Shown here: positions 40,901 to 52,900 of the stretch, in pieces
Layout: the number at the start of each line of letters is the position of its first letter
Numbering within the stretch: position 1 is the first letter of the stretch
Assembly (NCBI GenBank): GCA_028534125.1
Contig: CM052817.1
Location: 49,912,001-49,976,000, forward strand
Direction of reading: 5' to 3'
Origin: Lama glama
Lineage: Eukaryota
Length of the DNA: 64,000 nucleotides
Notes under the pieces: generated by a model
Told to the model about the DNA's origin: nothing
Database searches by the model: none
What the model saw: the letters and a program-made list of their open reading frames with translations, nothing else
Translations under genes and position numbers: made by a program

Positions 40901-43900
40901 TATTGTCTGTGGCTTCTTTCGTACTATAATGATGGGGTTGAGTAGTTGTGACAAAGACCATATGGCCTACAGAACCAAAAACATTTACTGTCTAGCCCTT
41001 TACAGAAAAATTTTGCCAACCAATCATCTAGAGAATTAATATAGGGGTTGGGGGAAGGGGGTACAGCTCAGTGGTAGAGCACATGCTTAACATGCACAAG
41101 GTCCTAGGTTCAATACCCACTACTTCCATTAAAAAAAATTTTTTTTTAAAAACCTAATTACCCCCAAAAAAGCAAAAAAGAATACATGTAAAAGTAAAAA
41201 GTGAGTATAATAGTTTTGAACATTAAATGATTTTCTAGAAATATATTAAAAATTGTGAATGGAGGGGTTTTTTTTTTGTTACCAAATAAAGGAATATATA
41301 GATGGATCTGTCTTTCTTAAATGTCTTAGTGCATTGGCAGGGAAGCTCTCCCCAATAGCATAAAACTTCTTTTCTTGCCACTTACTTTTTTAAATTATTA
41401 TAATCAATCCTAAAACTACTGCTGATTTTTAATATTCATTTTTAAAATAATATTTTGAAAATCAGTTATCGCTGAGCTTTTACATACATATAGAATCCAT
41501 TAGTTTTTACTTAAAAGTATTAGAACAGTTATATTCACCAAATAAGTTTAGAAAATTGTTTATAAATAAATAATGTTTTCCATTAAAGTGTTGCACTGTT
41601 TTGTTCTGTTTGTTTCCAACTTATATAAAAAATGAGCTCAATCTTTGGCATTTGTTTAGTATATTAGAATGTCTTCTGTTTAAAGGAATTGTATTATGCT
41701 TTTCCTTCTATAACACTTAAAACGGCATCATAAATCATTAAATATTTTAAAGTAAAATTAGTCATAAATGTTTAAATTATTTTTTAAGTACGCATTTATT
41801 ACAACTTAACATTTGAAGAAAATTAAGATGAAATTGCTATTTTGTAAGTAGACGTTTTCATTTTATTTAATCTGATACACTTTATTTTTCTTCTCCATAG
41901 GTAGGATGTGGAGCCATAGGCTGTGAAATGTTAAAAAATTTTGCATTGCTTGGTGTTGGCACAGGCAAAGAGAAGGGAATGGTAAGCTCTAAATCCTTGA
42001 GAGTTTAAAGTTTAGATTTCTGTGGCTTCTCAACCATATTTGACTGCATGGATCTAAAATATTGATTTTTGAGGCTAGAGCAGTAAGCTAGAAATTGGAA
42101 GATACTGACTCTGTGACCTTGTGTCAAATTACTTGAATTTTCTGCTCCTCAGTTTCTTTCTCTAATACTGTAAAACTGATGTCTCTACTGCTTCTCTTAT
42201 GATGTGTTATGAAGATCAAATGTGATGAGAGGGCTTTGTAAGTATAAACACATTAATATTGTTGTTATTTCTATTAGATACTACTTATTCATTACTAAGT
42301 AAATGTTTAAGATGGGAGAAACTAACATTAGATGGTTGCAGAGAACTCAGATATTGTTTCAATTGGTGATAATCAAGAGTGAATAATATGAGTATAGTTT
42401 AAATTCTTAAGACGATAAATGTGAGCTAATTAGGAAGCCACATCATATATTTAAATAAAAATGTTTTATTGATGCCATTTGCCTTTAAGATGTAAGCTAC
42501 AGTAGTGATTTCATAGATTTATTATAGTGACTAATAGTAATTAAATTACTAAAATTTATGTAATAGTTCACATTTTATAGTTTATTACACTTGGCTTAGT
42601 ATTCCACTCAAAAAGAATATTTGTTGGTATCACAGTTATGGGCAGATGTCCTACATTATATTATTCCTACTCAACATTTCCTAAATTGTGTCACAAGCCA
42701 CTATTAGTTCTGGGAGTTTTAAAAGATATTTCTAAAAGAAAAACCCCTTGGTTACACAAGTTTGGATATCATCTAAATACTTTATTACTTAGAAATTTAT
42801 AATGCATATCAGCAAATAGAGGTCAGAAAAAGAACCATAGTAAACAAACCTACTTATTACAGGTAACAAAACAAGGTGAGTTAATGTGGACAGATCTCTA
42901 ATCCTACTGCAAATACATGGTCTTGCTATATAAATTATTCTTTTTTAAAGTGTTCACATATGTAGCCAACTAATTAGAGTGGAGGAAAGAGAAATCCTTA
43001 GGTTCCAGGATCCAAGAGGTAAGTTAATTCCTGAGCCAAAAGTTGTGGTAACTCACAAGTGTTTCTATCTTGAATATGTATCCAAAACATTAGCTAAAAA
43101 GGGAAGTCATTTGTGAGAAATTGTAATCAAGAGCATGTGCCACACTGGTGCATGGCGTCCATATAATTATATCATATGAAAACTTCAAGCACAGAAATGA
43201 GTGTAAAAAATTTAGGACCACTGAAAAAACCTTTAGAGCTCTGATTTAAACAAATGCAAAACTGCATCATGGTGATACTTACACACTGAGAGTACACAGG
43301 ACTATGCAGAGAAATCAATATCCATTCAAGACAATTCACAATGAAAAATGACAGTCTACTAATAAAAAGGTACCACCTCAAAGAACCAGCTGATGAAAAT
43401 TGAAGAATTAGCTCTCTAAGAGCGTACAGATGATAGGAATACTATGGATAATAGAACAAATAAAGTTTAAAGTTAAAATGAACAAAGGTATAGAAAAAAG
43501 GATAGAAACATGAGGGGGGAAAATGCACTGAAATTTTAACAACAAGCCAAGGAAGAATTTCTATGTAGTCAGTGAACCTAAAATTCAAATACAGCTGAAG
43601 TGAGAATTGACGAATAGAAGATAAATAAAAATACCCAGAATGTAATGCACAAAGATTCTTTTTTTAATGAAAGAAGATGCATTTGCATGGTCCAACTTAA
43701 GTGTAGTAGAACTTCCAGAGAAAATAAAGATAATAGAAAAGAAGTAATATATTCCAAGGATAATAACAAGTTTCCAGAGTTGAAGAGACAAGTTGTTCAA
43801 ATTGAAAAGGTAAACTAATACCAAACAAATCAAAGGCAAAGGCAAAGATAAAAAGATTACTAACAGACTTCTCATCATCAATAAATGCACACCTGAAGAT

Positions 43901-46900
43901 AAAGAAGCATATTTCTTCATAGTGCAAGGGATTATCAACCTAGATTTCTATACCTAGCTAAATTATCTTTCAAGAGAAATAAAGATAACTGACAAGTAAA
44001 ATGATGAAAGATTACCACTTACTTGTTGTCATTGAAAGAACTGTGGATTAATAACATGGGCAGTGTGTGAAGCAGAGTAAGTAGAGGCATTTGTCAACGT
44101 TCTTAAATTTAAATAAGCATTGATTTTTAAAACCTTTAATTAAAATGTTGACCAATTTGGGGATGAGATAGTTAAAAATTAAGTGTTGTTTGATATCATG
44201 GAAAATAGAAGGGAAAGTTCAAATATTCTCTAATTGTTCAGGAGGAAGATAAAGATTTTTAATTTTAGATCATGTACTTGTTAATGTACATGTGGTACAT
44301 GTGGTTTGGAGAATAACCACATAAAAATAGAGGTTTAACTTCCAGACCAGTTCAGTGAGGGGTTGGCAGGAGGTTGAGGGAGGATTAAAACCAAGAAAAC
44401 TTGACCAATCCAGTAGAAGACAGAAAAAAAAAAATGGGAATGGATAAAAAGTGGGATGGAGGGAGGTGGAAGAAAAGCCTTTTATCAGTAATCACAATAA
44501 TTAGGTACTAATTAAGCTTTCTGTTAAAACACATTTTCTGTGCTTTTTTTCCCCTTTTAAGAGACACCCTCTAAACATAATTACATAGAACTATTGAAAA
44601 CAAATACACACACACACCAGGGAAATGCCAGCTTAAAAAAAAGTGAATGTCACACACACACACACACACACCCCCCCAGGGAAATGCCAGCTTAAAAAAA
44701 AGTGAATGTGTCTCTGAACATCAACATCTAACAACTAGAACACACTGAGAAATACTGCTCCTAGTGAAATCACAAATACTAGCTTAAGTGGCAAATGCAT
44801 TGTGAATACTTTTTAAATTATCTTGCATCTGTTTACTTTTATCTTGCATCCTTTAGAATGGGGGTCTGCAAACTTTTTCTTAAAGGACCACACTGCAGCT
44901 GTTGTAAGCCTAAATACTGTTAAGTTTGTCACAACTAGTCAGCTCTGCCATTGTAGCTTGAAAACAGTCATAAACAATACTTAAACAAATGGCATCACAG
45001 GTGTTCCAGTAACATTTATTTACAAAAACCGGAAGCCTGCCTACACTGTAGTTTGTAGACCTTTGCTTTCGCAAGAGTTTCTTTCAAATAGAAACATGGA
45101 AGCATTCTTTCCAAATTGGTTAAAATTGAGAATAAATATGTACAGAAAGAAGAGCTGTCTTCTATTGCTATTCTGTTACATGTTTCCAAAATGATAGTGA
45201 TGTTTAGCCTCAATTTTGTTAATGATAGTTAGAAAAAGTTTTGAACATGAATTGCAGTTTGGTTTCAAATGGTTTAACATGTTCCTGTGCTAAACATTAA
45301 TTATCATTAAATGTAAGTATAAAAAGAGTAGTATTTGTAACCAGTTTTGGATTATTTGTTTTCTTACAACTTTTACCAGGCAAAATAATTTAGAATAACT
45401 TGTGGGAGTTGTTTTAGTCATTCACAGAAAAGCAAAGTAGATTTAAATTTATTTCTTAAGTACTTTCATCTTTTTTTTTTTCTTGTATTAGGTTACAGTA
45501 ACAGATCCTGACTTGATAGAAAAATCCAACTTGAATAGACAGTTCCTGTTTCGTCCTCATCATATACAGGTGTGTTGTTACACTGTTTCAAATTTAAATC
45601 ATCTATTATATTATACAAAAAAAAGGGAATTTCCTTTTTATAAATAGAAAATGGTGCTTGAACAAGCATAAAGTGTTCTTTATTTTATTAGAATCTCTCA
45701 AATTATCAAATAGTGGGAATGACAATAGGGAAAATATATAATTTTTATATAAATAATACTTTCGCATATTAAAATCTGAGTTGTGAATCATGGGCAATAA
45801 TGGGCATGTTTTTTCATTTTTATAATCAGGATTTGACTGTGTATTTAATCTTAGAAACATCTAATGATATAGAAACAGTTTCCGTAATATGAAGTGTTTA
45901 TGGATGACAAATTCGACACTCTTATTTTCCATCTTTATTACAAAGCAAGTAAAGGTTAGCAGTTAGAACATTTTGCTCTTTTGATCTTTTTTAATTATTT
46001 AACATCCCTTTTTACTATAAAGTACTATTTGCTTTAGTCTTTTTTATAGAGATCAAAATATTTAAGTCAGGAAAAACAGTTTAGTCAGTCAAGCAAATTT
46101 GTGTTTACTTTGGAAATGTTTTTCATTTTATTCTATAACTCATTAATAATCTTAGTAAACTAAACTTAGAAGTGTCATGAACAGAAAGTAATTAAAGCAT
46201 ACTTTTATGTAGTTATATAGTGACATAGTTAACCTAACAGTCTTACCAATTCAAATATAACAAGCTAAGTAACAGGGTCTCTCATGAAGCTAATTTATGT
46301 CACAAGATTAATTCACTGAACTTTATGCAGTTTACTTACAGAAGAACTATTAAGGCCTGTTTGTTTTAAACATCTAACGAAGTTTACAATTTGTATGTAT
46401 GCTAATAGCACTGAAAGTAAAAACACATCAGCCTAACAGTATGAGAAGAGGCAGATACCATTAAACTAGATGCATGAATTTAAACAGAATGGTCTATAGA
46501 TATTTAGTGTCAGAGCCAGTACTCTCAAATGAACTTTGATACTGCTTGAAATGACACCATTGGTTTAATAATGATCACTAAATCTTTAAGGAAAGAAAGA
46601 GTACTCTTTTTAAAACTAAAATATATAATAATAATTTTTAAAATATTTCCATCTAAAAATGGTAAAATTTTAAAGAGATTTTAGTACCAAAGTATTAAAT
46701 TACCATACCTCTGAGAGTTCATCTTCTGTAGAGCTTGGATTTCTAATATTTTACTGAATGTGTTCTTATTTTTTATCTAGGCACACATCCAATTCAAACC
46801 TCACTACTAGGGAAAAATGTACTTTTAATTAGACTTCAACTAATATTTTAAGAATTCTAAAGCACTTAGCTATAAAAGGGGTTGTTTAGGTTTTTATTAA

Positions 46901-49900
46901 TAATGTGTGAATTATTCAAGCTAATGTGGATTATTAAATGTAGCATGACCACAATGAATGTAATTTCCACAAACTAAAAATGAAAAGTGGTCTCCTTACA
47001 TTACTCTTCAAACATAAAATGTGTTAAGTTGAATCATGGCCTATATTTATCCTGTTTAATATTCATTTCTTCTGTTTTTAAATATTATTTGTTTAGAAAC
47101 CTAAAAGCTATACTGCTGCTGATACAACCCTGAAAATAAATCCTCAGTTAAAAATAGATGCACACTTGAACAAAGTATGTCCAGCCACTGAGGCAATTTA
47201 CAATGATGAGTTCTATACTAAGCAAGATATAATTATTACAGCATTAGATAATGTGGAAGCCAGGAGATATGTAGACAGGTATGTTCTTGAAATTCAGGTT
47301 CGTAGAAATTGTCTCTCTTTTGTTTCACTTCATCTCCCATACCTGTTTATTGAAAAGTTAACTGAATTTTCTGATAATTCTTTATGTTTTTATTATAGTT
47401 CTCTTCAAACCCAAACCATTTGATGGTCTCTCATTACACCTAGAATAAAATTTAAAATCTTTATCATGGCCTAAATGGGTTTCATATAGTATCTGCTACC
47501 TGTCCACCACTCGAGCTTAAAATTTCCTGTATCTCCCTGGCTCCCCTTATTCTTTCTACACATTCTTTCTTTCAGTTCTTACAGGGGGCATCCATTAATT
47601 TTTCACCTCAAGTACTTGCACATACTCTCCTTCAGTCTCAGGAAATTTTATTTTTCTTATTTTAAAACTCCTGACCCCAAGTCTGCCTACTTGCTCTTCA
47701 CCTCTTTTAGCTTTTTTTCCCTCATTCTTTCAATTTCAGCCTGACTGTCTTTATTCAAACAGGCTTAAGTTTGGTCCCTCATTATATCATTTATTCAGGG
47801 TTTGTTTATTTTTCCATCACTGTATCCTCAAGTGCCCAACACAGGATGTCATTCAGTAAATATTTGTTAAATAAGTAGATAAATAAATGACTATCATGTA
47901 TACACTTTACATAATCTTTCTTATTTCTTTATATGACCTTTAATGCTAGAGTACTAGAGCAGATTTATTAACGGGAAAATTTACCAGTTGAGAATGCAGT
48001 AGAAAATTTGTAAGCTTGGGCAGAGGAAGGCAAAAAGAAACTTTAAGAAATTGAAGTATATAGAATATAGATATTTTAAGTATTGAGAAAGAAGGTTTGG
48101 TATAGAGAAAACATTGAAAAGATACAGTGAGATAGAGCTTATAGTCAGAAAATAACCAAAGAAGAAATAGAAAGCAAGAGAAGAAAGGGTAACACATTAA
48201 TTAAGAGTTAACTGAGAGGAAAAAAAGTTGAAACTCAAAATTTGATAGGAGTAGTAATAGAAGGTAGAGACTAAAATTGCTAGGTTGACCAACAGAATTT
48301 GGGAGGAGGGGGGTGGAAATAATAGATTGTTTGGTGGTAATGTATCTGTTTCCTAAAATATTACATTCAAGAAGTGATCAACCTGTGAAATGATCAGTAG
48401 AGAATGATAAGATGTCCTCTGCTTACATTGTTGTTGCTCACTTTTATGTTTGTAATCTATTTTCTTTTCAAATAGCCGTTGCTTAGCAAATCTACGGCCC
48501 CTCTTAGATTCTGGAACAATGGGCACTAAGGGACACACTGAAGTTATTGTACCTCATTTAACTGAATCCTATAATAGTCATGTAAGTGAGCCAGTTTTTT
48601 AAATTAGTAGATATCTCTTCTTTATATCTCATAATTTTTATGTTTCATGGTTTATCCAATTCATCAGTCAGGAAATTTGGTTTAGTGTCTTTAATCCCTT
48701 TTGTTTTTGATCTGCCATTGATGTCTGTGCATATGTTCATGGACACTTTTTGTAGTGTAGCTGAACTTATTTATATTAATCATCAGAATTTTCTTTCTGG
48801 TCTTTCCGGAATCTTATTCTTATGTTTACTGTTTATTTCTCAGAGCTACTTGATTAGTTTTCTAACAACTTTTGAACTGGTGACCCACTCAAAATCTTAC
48901 GACCCAGTTTCTCTATAGGAGGGACCAAGCCATTTATATACATTTATTTTATATAAATGATGTAGATACAACTTTTTTTAACCTCCACAAGTGATTTTGC
49001 GATATTGCCAGAGTTGAAAACCACTGGTCTAGGAAATAATTGTAGGCCTTAGGATTTAAAAAAAGTCAACCCAAGTTGTAAAATTAAGAGAAGAATATTA
49101 TTTTATAAGCATGTGTCCCTTTATTTAATGGCCATGTTTGTTTTAGTAAATTTTTAAAATTTTTATAAAATGTTTTCTCCTTTACTGTCATGAAATCAGA
49201 AATTTATATAGCAAAAACATTATAGTAGACAAAATTGATCAGTTTAATTTGAAGGAAATTAGATGGAGAAAATCATGATATGCTGGGGCCATACTGAAAG
49301 ATTTTCAAAGTAGAGTATGTTATAAAATTCTAAAAGTTCCCTTGATTCTCTCATTCTACCACATCTTTCCTAAACCTCTTGTATTTACATTCTCAGACTT
49401 CATACTCAGGAAAGTCAGAATTGAATACTCTTCTGGCTTTCCTCTTTGATTTCTAAAGTATTTCATGATATTTATAGATCAACAAACTAAAATACAAATC
49501 TCTAAGTAGAGACAAAGTGAGTTGTTTTAGATTGGGTAAACCAATAAGGCTAAATGTACCCTTTAATAGAATATAGATTCTTCAATGATAATTTTTCACG
49601 TGGCATAATACAGACATTTGCCATTTATTTAATACGCACTTTGTGCAAGAAACTGTAACAAGCATCAAGAACATATGATTCCTGCTTCCAAATATTTTTT
49701 CTCCATGGAGAGAGAAACTTACGGTATGCTGAACATCAAATTGGAAATTCTTGAATTACTTTTCAAAGTAAGGAGTGTTGTAAATTTTTAAATGTCACCT
49801 TGATTCTTGGAAGAAAAAAAGTTAATTATATATGGTAGTTTGTTATGAGTACTACATGGTGCCAAAGGAGTACACAGATAATAAGTGTTAATAGAATTCA

Positions 49901-52900
49901 TTGCTATAACAAGTGGGTTAAATGTCAGAAGAATCAGCTTTTCCTCTTAATGCCTAGGAAATAGAATATTAAAAAAAGTTGGATTTATTTTATTTTTGAA
50001 TTTTATTTTTTCATAGTCTTAAAACACTTAAGTAAATTCAATCCTTAAAAAATTGTCATTGCTTCTCTTTATTATTGTCATATTTTATAAATTAGCGGGA
50101 TCCCTCAGAAGAGGAAATACCATTTTGTACCCTAAAATCCTTTCCTGCTGCTATCGAACACACTATACAGTGGGCAAGAGATAAGGTAATAAAGTTTTTT
50201 TAAAGAAATTTTTCTTTGAAGTAGAAAAGACAGTATTTCCAACTTCTAAACAGACTTCTATTTGTAATTTTTTTTCCTCTTTTCCCTTATAGTTTGAAAG
50301 TTCCTTTTCCTACAAGCCTTCAATATTTAACAAATTTTGGCAAACCTATCAATCTGCAGAAGAAGTCTTGCAGGTAAAAATCCGTACATTTTAATATAAA
50401 CTCAACATTTTATGTCAGGGTAATCTTATTTTCAAGTTGCCTATAGTTTATTTTACTTCCTTAAACAGAGAGTATAACATTATTATTGTATATAGTAAGT
50501 GTATGAGGAATCTTGAAATTAATGAGCAGGTCACAAATGACGCTTCTTTTTTTTAGTTTGGTTGAACTATGTGGAATTGCCAATATTTGACTATGTTAGA
50601 CTCACAGAACAGCAATTCATACGGTTCAACCTAATAAGGATGTGGTAATAATGATCAGACAGCTACAAATAATAAAACAGATTATTAAGATCTTTGGGGA
50701 AACCAAGTTCTAGTGAGAATTTCATGAATGGACAGTAGTCTCCAATTTATTACTTTCATGGTGAGGGCAACTTCAAAGCTATTTTCATATTTTCCTGTCC
50801 TACACTAAAAAAGGGTAACTTTTTAGTATGAAAGATTGCTCATAGCACTTCTTATATTAAGTACTTATAATGTACTAATAACTTATAACTAGGAAGACAT
50901 GAGGATAACTTGTGAGACACGAAACTTAGAGTTAAAATTTCACATGTTGTCTTTTTCCCATTCCCCCTCCAAAAAAAAAAAAAAAAAAGGTAGAAAGATA
51001 GAGACAAGTTTCTTAAGGTAAAAAAATTAAATCACGAGATACATGCGCTGACACTTGAGACTTTGGCTAACTCTTCCTGGGAATGTGTGTGTGTTTAATT
51101 AATTGGACATGTATTTGTTTTGTTTTGGTTTTTCTCTCATTCTAGAAGATACAATCTGGACACAGTTTAGAAGGCTGTTTTCAAGTTATTAAGTTACTCA
51201 GCAGAAGACCTCGAAATTGGTCCCAGTGTGTAGAATTAGCAAGATTAAAGTTTGAAAAATATTTTAACCACAAGGCAAGTGTACATTATAAAACAATAAG
51301 AAAAAGTCTAAACTTTTTCATTTAATTACTATGAAATTTCACTGACCTGAAATGTCTACTCTTTCTTTCAGGAAGCTTTTCAGAAATAAATAGTAAATTA
51401 ACTGAGAACAAGTGACAGGCACACAACTAATTTCTCTTTTAATTAATGTTGCTGATTAAAGAATGCATTTAAACTTCACCCATTAGTTTGTCAGTTTTGC
51501 ATTTAACTGATCCTTGTCTTTCTGTATACAGAATGGGTTTTAGTAAAATAGTAAAATTCTGCAGAATCAAATGAGTTATACATACAAACTATTTAGAATA
51601 GAACCTGGCCCATAAATAAATGCTCAGTAAAATTTTAGCTGTTATTCTTACTCCAGTTGTAGTTCTGAGAATGTGTCCTGCACTCTCTTTAGTTTCTCCC
51701 TCTCTTTGGGCTTTTACCTGTTGGAATACAAAATAAGTTCATCTTTTTCAAAAAGTCTTTTAACTGGGGAGGGTATAGCTCAGTGATAGAATGTGTGCTT
51801 AGCATGCACGAGGTCCTGGGTTCAGTCGCCAGTACTTCCATTTAAATAAGTAAATCCAATTACCTCCCCTTGAAGAAAAATAAATTTTTTTTAAGTCTTT
51901 TGATTATACTTATCCGTGCTTTTCACTTCCTTCTTTTCTCTGCTTCTTGGAAAAGTCTATACTTCTATACTCACTGTTACCAAGTCTTCATCCAATAAAT
52001 ATGTCTTCTTTCCCCACAACTATTGAAATTATTCTTACCATGACTATTAGTGACCTCATGTTCAAAGTCTAAAGAACTCTTCTTCTTCCTTATCTTCTAT
52101 AGGTTTTCTTTTTAACTTTTTTTATTATGAAAAAATTCAACCACAGAATTGTTAAGAAAGCATGTAATGAACTCCATGTAATCCTCATATACTTGTCACC
52201 AGGTTTAACAATTACCATCTTGTAGGCAGTCTTGTTTCATCTATGATCACACCCAGTAGACCCTCCCACAAATGATTTTCAAGCAAATCTCAAACATATC
52301 TTTGCAAAATAAAAATATTATTTATTTTTACTGGTTTTATTTTTGTTTTAAGGATTAGCTCTTTGAAATGATTTGTAAAATATGCCACTATTGTGTTAAA
52401 AGGAATAAAATAATCTACATTCATGTTTGCTATAAATGCAAAAAAACCCTGTAAATGTTGATAAAAAATAACAAAAGAGGTTATTCCAAGGGATGGAGAC
52501 AGTGAAAGGAAAATGGACAGATGGAGAACAAGGGTGACTGGAATACTTCACTGTGTATCTTTTTATGTATGTTGACTTTTTTTAACCTCGGTTAATATTA
52601 AATAGTGATTTTTTTTTAATTCAATTATTTCTATAGGCTCTTCAGCTTCTTCATTGTTTCCCTCTGGACACACGACTGAAAGATGGCAGTAAGTATAATA
52701 AAATATTGAGAAGAAAATTTAACACAATTTATTACTGGCTCCTGACACTGAAAATAATATTTGTATCTTTTGTTAGGTTTGTTTTGGCAATCACCAAAAA
52801 GGCCCCCGTCTCCATTAAAATTTGATCTAAATGAATCTTTGTAAGTATATATATCCGGTTTTACGTACATCTTTTATTGTAAACTTCCTAACTGTATAGG

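Noticed and set aside
47279..47450. Read-through ORF after exon 19 with a nearby AATAAA (intronic polyadenylation isoform)
   Set aside because: The AATAAA lies in an L2-like remnant and the hexamer is abundant in this AT-rich DNA; unsupported without 3'-end data
51766..51840. Possible functional tRNA-Ala(AGC) gene (also 41057-41128)
   Set aside because: Mutated D-arm/T-loop positions, SINE-type tail and target-site duplication indicate retroposed SINEs
38407..52870. Minus-strand ORFs overlapping exons (38407..38607, 48353..48538, 52631..52870; also 1804..2067)
   Set aside because: Antisense shadows of UBA6 exons; short, with no independent coding evidence
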